Assembly: GCA_049969675.1 (NCBI GenBank)
Contig: JBMFOP010000003.1
Span: 19,295 to 59,732, forward strand
Reading direction: 5' to 3'
DNA: 40,438 nucleotides
Origin: Myxococcota bacterium
GTDB lineage: Bacteria > Myxococcota > SpSt-1050
Numbering within the stretch: the first letter of the stretch is position 1; each line of letters opens with the position of its first letter. The position numbers and the translations under genes are program-made. Below the pieces are notes generated by a model. That model made no database searches and was not told the DNA's origin. It saw only the letters and a program-made list of their open reading frames with translations. This document shows positions 38,354 through 40,438 of the stretch, one piece after another.

Positions 38354-39283
38354 GTGAAGAAGAGAGATTTTTTGAGTCTTTATGATTTTAGTTCAAAAGA
38401 GCTCAATGATATACTTGATATGGCAACAAATATCAAAAAGAGGCCAAATGTATATAAGGGCGCTCTTGCTGGAAAGACGATTGCACTGATATTTGAAAAG
38501 CCCTCGCTCAGAACCAAGGCGACCTTTGAAGTTGGAATTATGCAGATGGGAGGTAATGTGATTTACTTCTCCCCCAATGAGTTTCAATTAGGCAGACGCG
38601 AGGCTGTCTCTGATGTTGCGAAGAACCTTGAGAGATGGGTAGATGGTATTGTATGCAGAACTTTCGGACATAACATTATAGAGACACTTGCAAGGAATTG
38701 CTCAAAACCTGTCATTAATGCGCTGACTGACCTTTCACACCCCTGTCAGGGACTTACTGACTATTTTACAATCAGAGAGCATAAACATAAACTCAAAGGA
38801 CTCAAACTTGCATATGTCGGCGATGGTAATAATGTATGTCATTCCTTAATATACGGGGCAGCAAAATTTGGAGTTGAGATTAATATTGCCACTCCTCGTG
38901 GTTATGACCCAAAAGTTGAGGTTTTGAAGAAAGCTTATGCCGATGCTGTGGCAAATGGTGTGAATATAGAATTGACCGATGACCCAATTGCCGCGGTCAA
39001 TAATGTTGATGTGGTCTATACTGATGTATGGACATCCATGGGGCAGGAGGCAGAGACCGCAAAGAGAAGACAGATATTTGCCCCTTATCAGGTCAATACG
39101 AGATTGATGGCATTTGCCAAGAAAGATGCTATCTTTATGCATTGTCTTCCGGCACATAGGGGTGAAGAAGTGACTGATGAGGTCATTGATTCAGAGCAGT
39201 CAATTGTATTTGATCAGGCGGAAAATAGACTCCATGTACAGAAGGCTATATTGTTATATATCTTTGGTATAAAGAAGAAATAA
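38354..39283 (+). CDS. argF: Ornithine carbamoyltransferase (argF/arcB)
   Basis: FEKPSLRT, HPCQ, GDGNNV, YTDVWTSMG, FMHCLPAHRGEEV, QAENR. Confidence 0.95.
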   Translation: MKKRDFLSLYDFSSKELNDILDMATNIKKRPNVYKGALAGKTIALIFEKPSLRTKATFEVGIMQMGGNVIYFSPNEFQLGRREAVSDVAKNLERWVDGIVCRTFGHNIIETLARNCSKPVINALTDLSHPCQGLTDYFTIREHKHKLKGLKLAYVGDGNNVCHSLIYGAAKFGVEINIATPRGYDPKVEVLKKAYADAVANGVNIELTDDPIAAVNNVDVVYTDVWTSMGQEAETAKRRQIFAPYQVNTRLMAFAKKDAIFMHCLPAHRGEEVTDEVIDSEQSIVFDQAENRLHVQKAILLYIFGIKKK

Positions 39284-39433
39284 TCTTCGGGATTTTTAAA
39301 GTACGATGTTTCTACAATATGATGTTCTGATTTCAAGAAAGATTGTATTTTTTGCAAAACAGGGTGTTTTCTTCTAAAAAATAATTTAGATTAGGTTTTA
39401 TCATTAACCAGGTTGTAGAAGGGGTGAAATTCT

Positions 39434-39462
39434 TTGACTTTGCATTGTATTTTTGTTATACA
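39434..39462 (+). promoter_or_regulatory. Putative sigma70 promoter of the AAA-ATPase gene
   Basis: TTGACT (39434-39439)-N17-TATACA with an extended TG. Confidence 0.5.
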
Positions 39463-39488
39463 AAATAAGAATTGAGAGTAATGATTGT

Positions 39489-40438
39489 ATGAAAAAATTA
39501 CCAATAGGAATTCAGACATTTGAAAAGATAATTGGTGAAAATTATTGTTATGTGGATAAGACTGAGATTATATATAGACTCATAAATAGTGGGACTTATT
39601 TCTTCCTATCTCGTCCGAGGAGATTTGGGAAGTCATTGTTGATAGATACAATAAAGTGTCTATTTGAGGGGAGGGAGGAGCTATTTAAGGGTCTGTGGAT
39701 AGAAGGGAGATGGGACTTTAGTAAGAGATACCCTGTGATAAAGATAGACTTTGGGTCCGGGGTTTTCAAAGAGAGGGAGGAGTTGAGGAAAGGGATATTC
39801 TATATATTGGATGAAAACAGGAGAGCACTTGGAGTGGAGATAGGGGGGCATACATTAACAAATACCTATCTCAATGATTTGATAGTGAGGGCGGTGGAGA
39901 AATATGGGGAGAGGGTGGTGATACTGATAGATGAATATGACAAGCCGATATTGGATAACATAGAAGATCCAGAGGTGGCGAGGGAGATGAGGGAGGAGTT
40001 AAAGAATCTCTATTCAGTTCTCAAAGGTGCGGATGCATATATCAAATTTGTGATGTTGACTGGTGTGAGTAAATTTTCAAAGGTCTCACTGTTTTCTGGA
40101 TTAAACAATCTATCAGATATAACACTGGATGAGAGATATGCAACGATCTGTGGATATACTCAGAGCGAGTTTGAGAGTGTCTTCAGGGAGTATTTAGATG
40201 GGGTGGATATGGAGAAGGTGAAGTTGTGGTATAATGGATATAACTGGCTTGGAGAGAAGGTATATAATCCATTTGACATATTATTATTTTTGGATAGTCC
40301 CACAAGGGCGTATAAGAACTACTGGTTTGAGACCGGGAGTCCCACATTTTTAATGAAGTTGCTTAAGGAGAGGAGATATTTTATACCCGAGCTTGAGGAG
40401 ATAAAGGCTGGGGAGGAGCTGATAGGTTCATTTGATGT
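39489..40438 (+). CDS. AAA-ATPase-like protein (family usually fused to a C-terminal PD-(D/E)XK nuclease); partial, runs off the window
   Basis: MKKLPIGIQTF..YVDKT..FLSRPRRFGKSL (Walker A variant), VVILIDEYDKP (Walker B), LTGVSKFSK.S.FSGLNNL.DI, WYNGY, YNPF, YWFETG. Not in the ORF track because there is no stop codon in the window. Confidence 0.9.
   Translation, partial: MKKLPIGIQTFEKIIGENYCYVDKTEIIYRLINSGTYFFLSRPRRFGKSLLIDTIKCLFEGREELFKGLWIEGRWDFSKRYPVIKIDFGSGVFKEREELRKGIFYILDENRRALGVEIGGHTLTNTYLNDLIVRAVEKYGERVVILIDEYDKPILDNIEDPEVAREMREELKNLYSVLKGADAYIKFVMLTGVSKFSKVSLFSGLNNLSDITLDERYATICGYTQSEFESVFREYLDGVDMEKVKLWYNGYNWLGEKVYNPFDILLFLDSPTRAYKNYWFETGSPTFLMKLLKERRYFIPELEEIKAGEELIGSFD

Noticed and set aside
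38354..39283. SLRT instead of STRT suggesting an N-acetyl/N-succinyl-ornithine transcarbamylase
   Set aside because: The DVWTSMG loop and HCLPAHRGEEV are canonical for ordinary OTCase, and SLRT also occurs in ordinary OTCases.
1..40438. CRISPR arrays, tandem repeats, IS elements, selenocysteine read-through
   Set aside because: No regularly spaced repeats, transposase motifs or in-frame TGA at catalytic Cys positions were seen by eye. Short or degenerate repeats could have been missed.

Overview
Mostly housekeeping chromosome from an AT-rich diderm bacterium. Gene content and order look Deltaproteobacteria/Myxococcota-like, which is an inference. In order: the end of a probable outer-membrane protein gene, a HAD hydrolase, a frameshifted cupin and an orphan lipoprotein. 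Then a minus-strand block: tRNA-Val(CAC), SurA-N-like protein, rimI, pyrK, pyrD, split hldE (kinase and adenylyltransferase) and a GT2. Then a TolC-MFP-RND-TetR efflux operon with a tandem palindromic operator, gap-pgk-tpiA-secG-dksA plus a GlcF-like Fe-S protein, and minus-strand rpsU-dnaG-rpoD followed by cysE-nifU-mnmA-mtaB-rnc-radical SAM. Then a class II ribonucleotide reductase with tandem NrdR boxes, an uncharacterised envelope operon (LPP20/FlgP-like, FlgT-like, stand-alone FecR-domain protein, AI-2E transporter) behind a CRP-type site at -41.5, rpsT, an arcE-arcC-arcB arginine synthetase cluster, and a truncated AAA-ATPase-like gene. The best candidates for something new are the non-flagellar FlgP/FlgT/FecR operon and the bacterial arginine synthetase cluster. 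No CRISPR array, integrase or transposase was seen. All family assignments come from motif recognition by eye; no database search was run.
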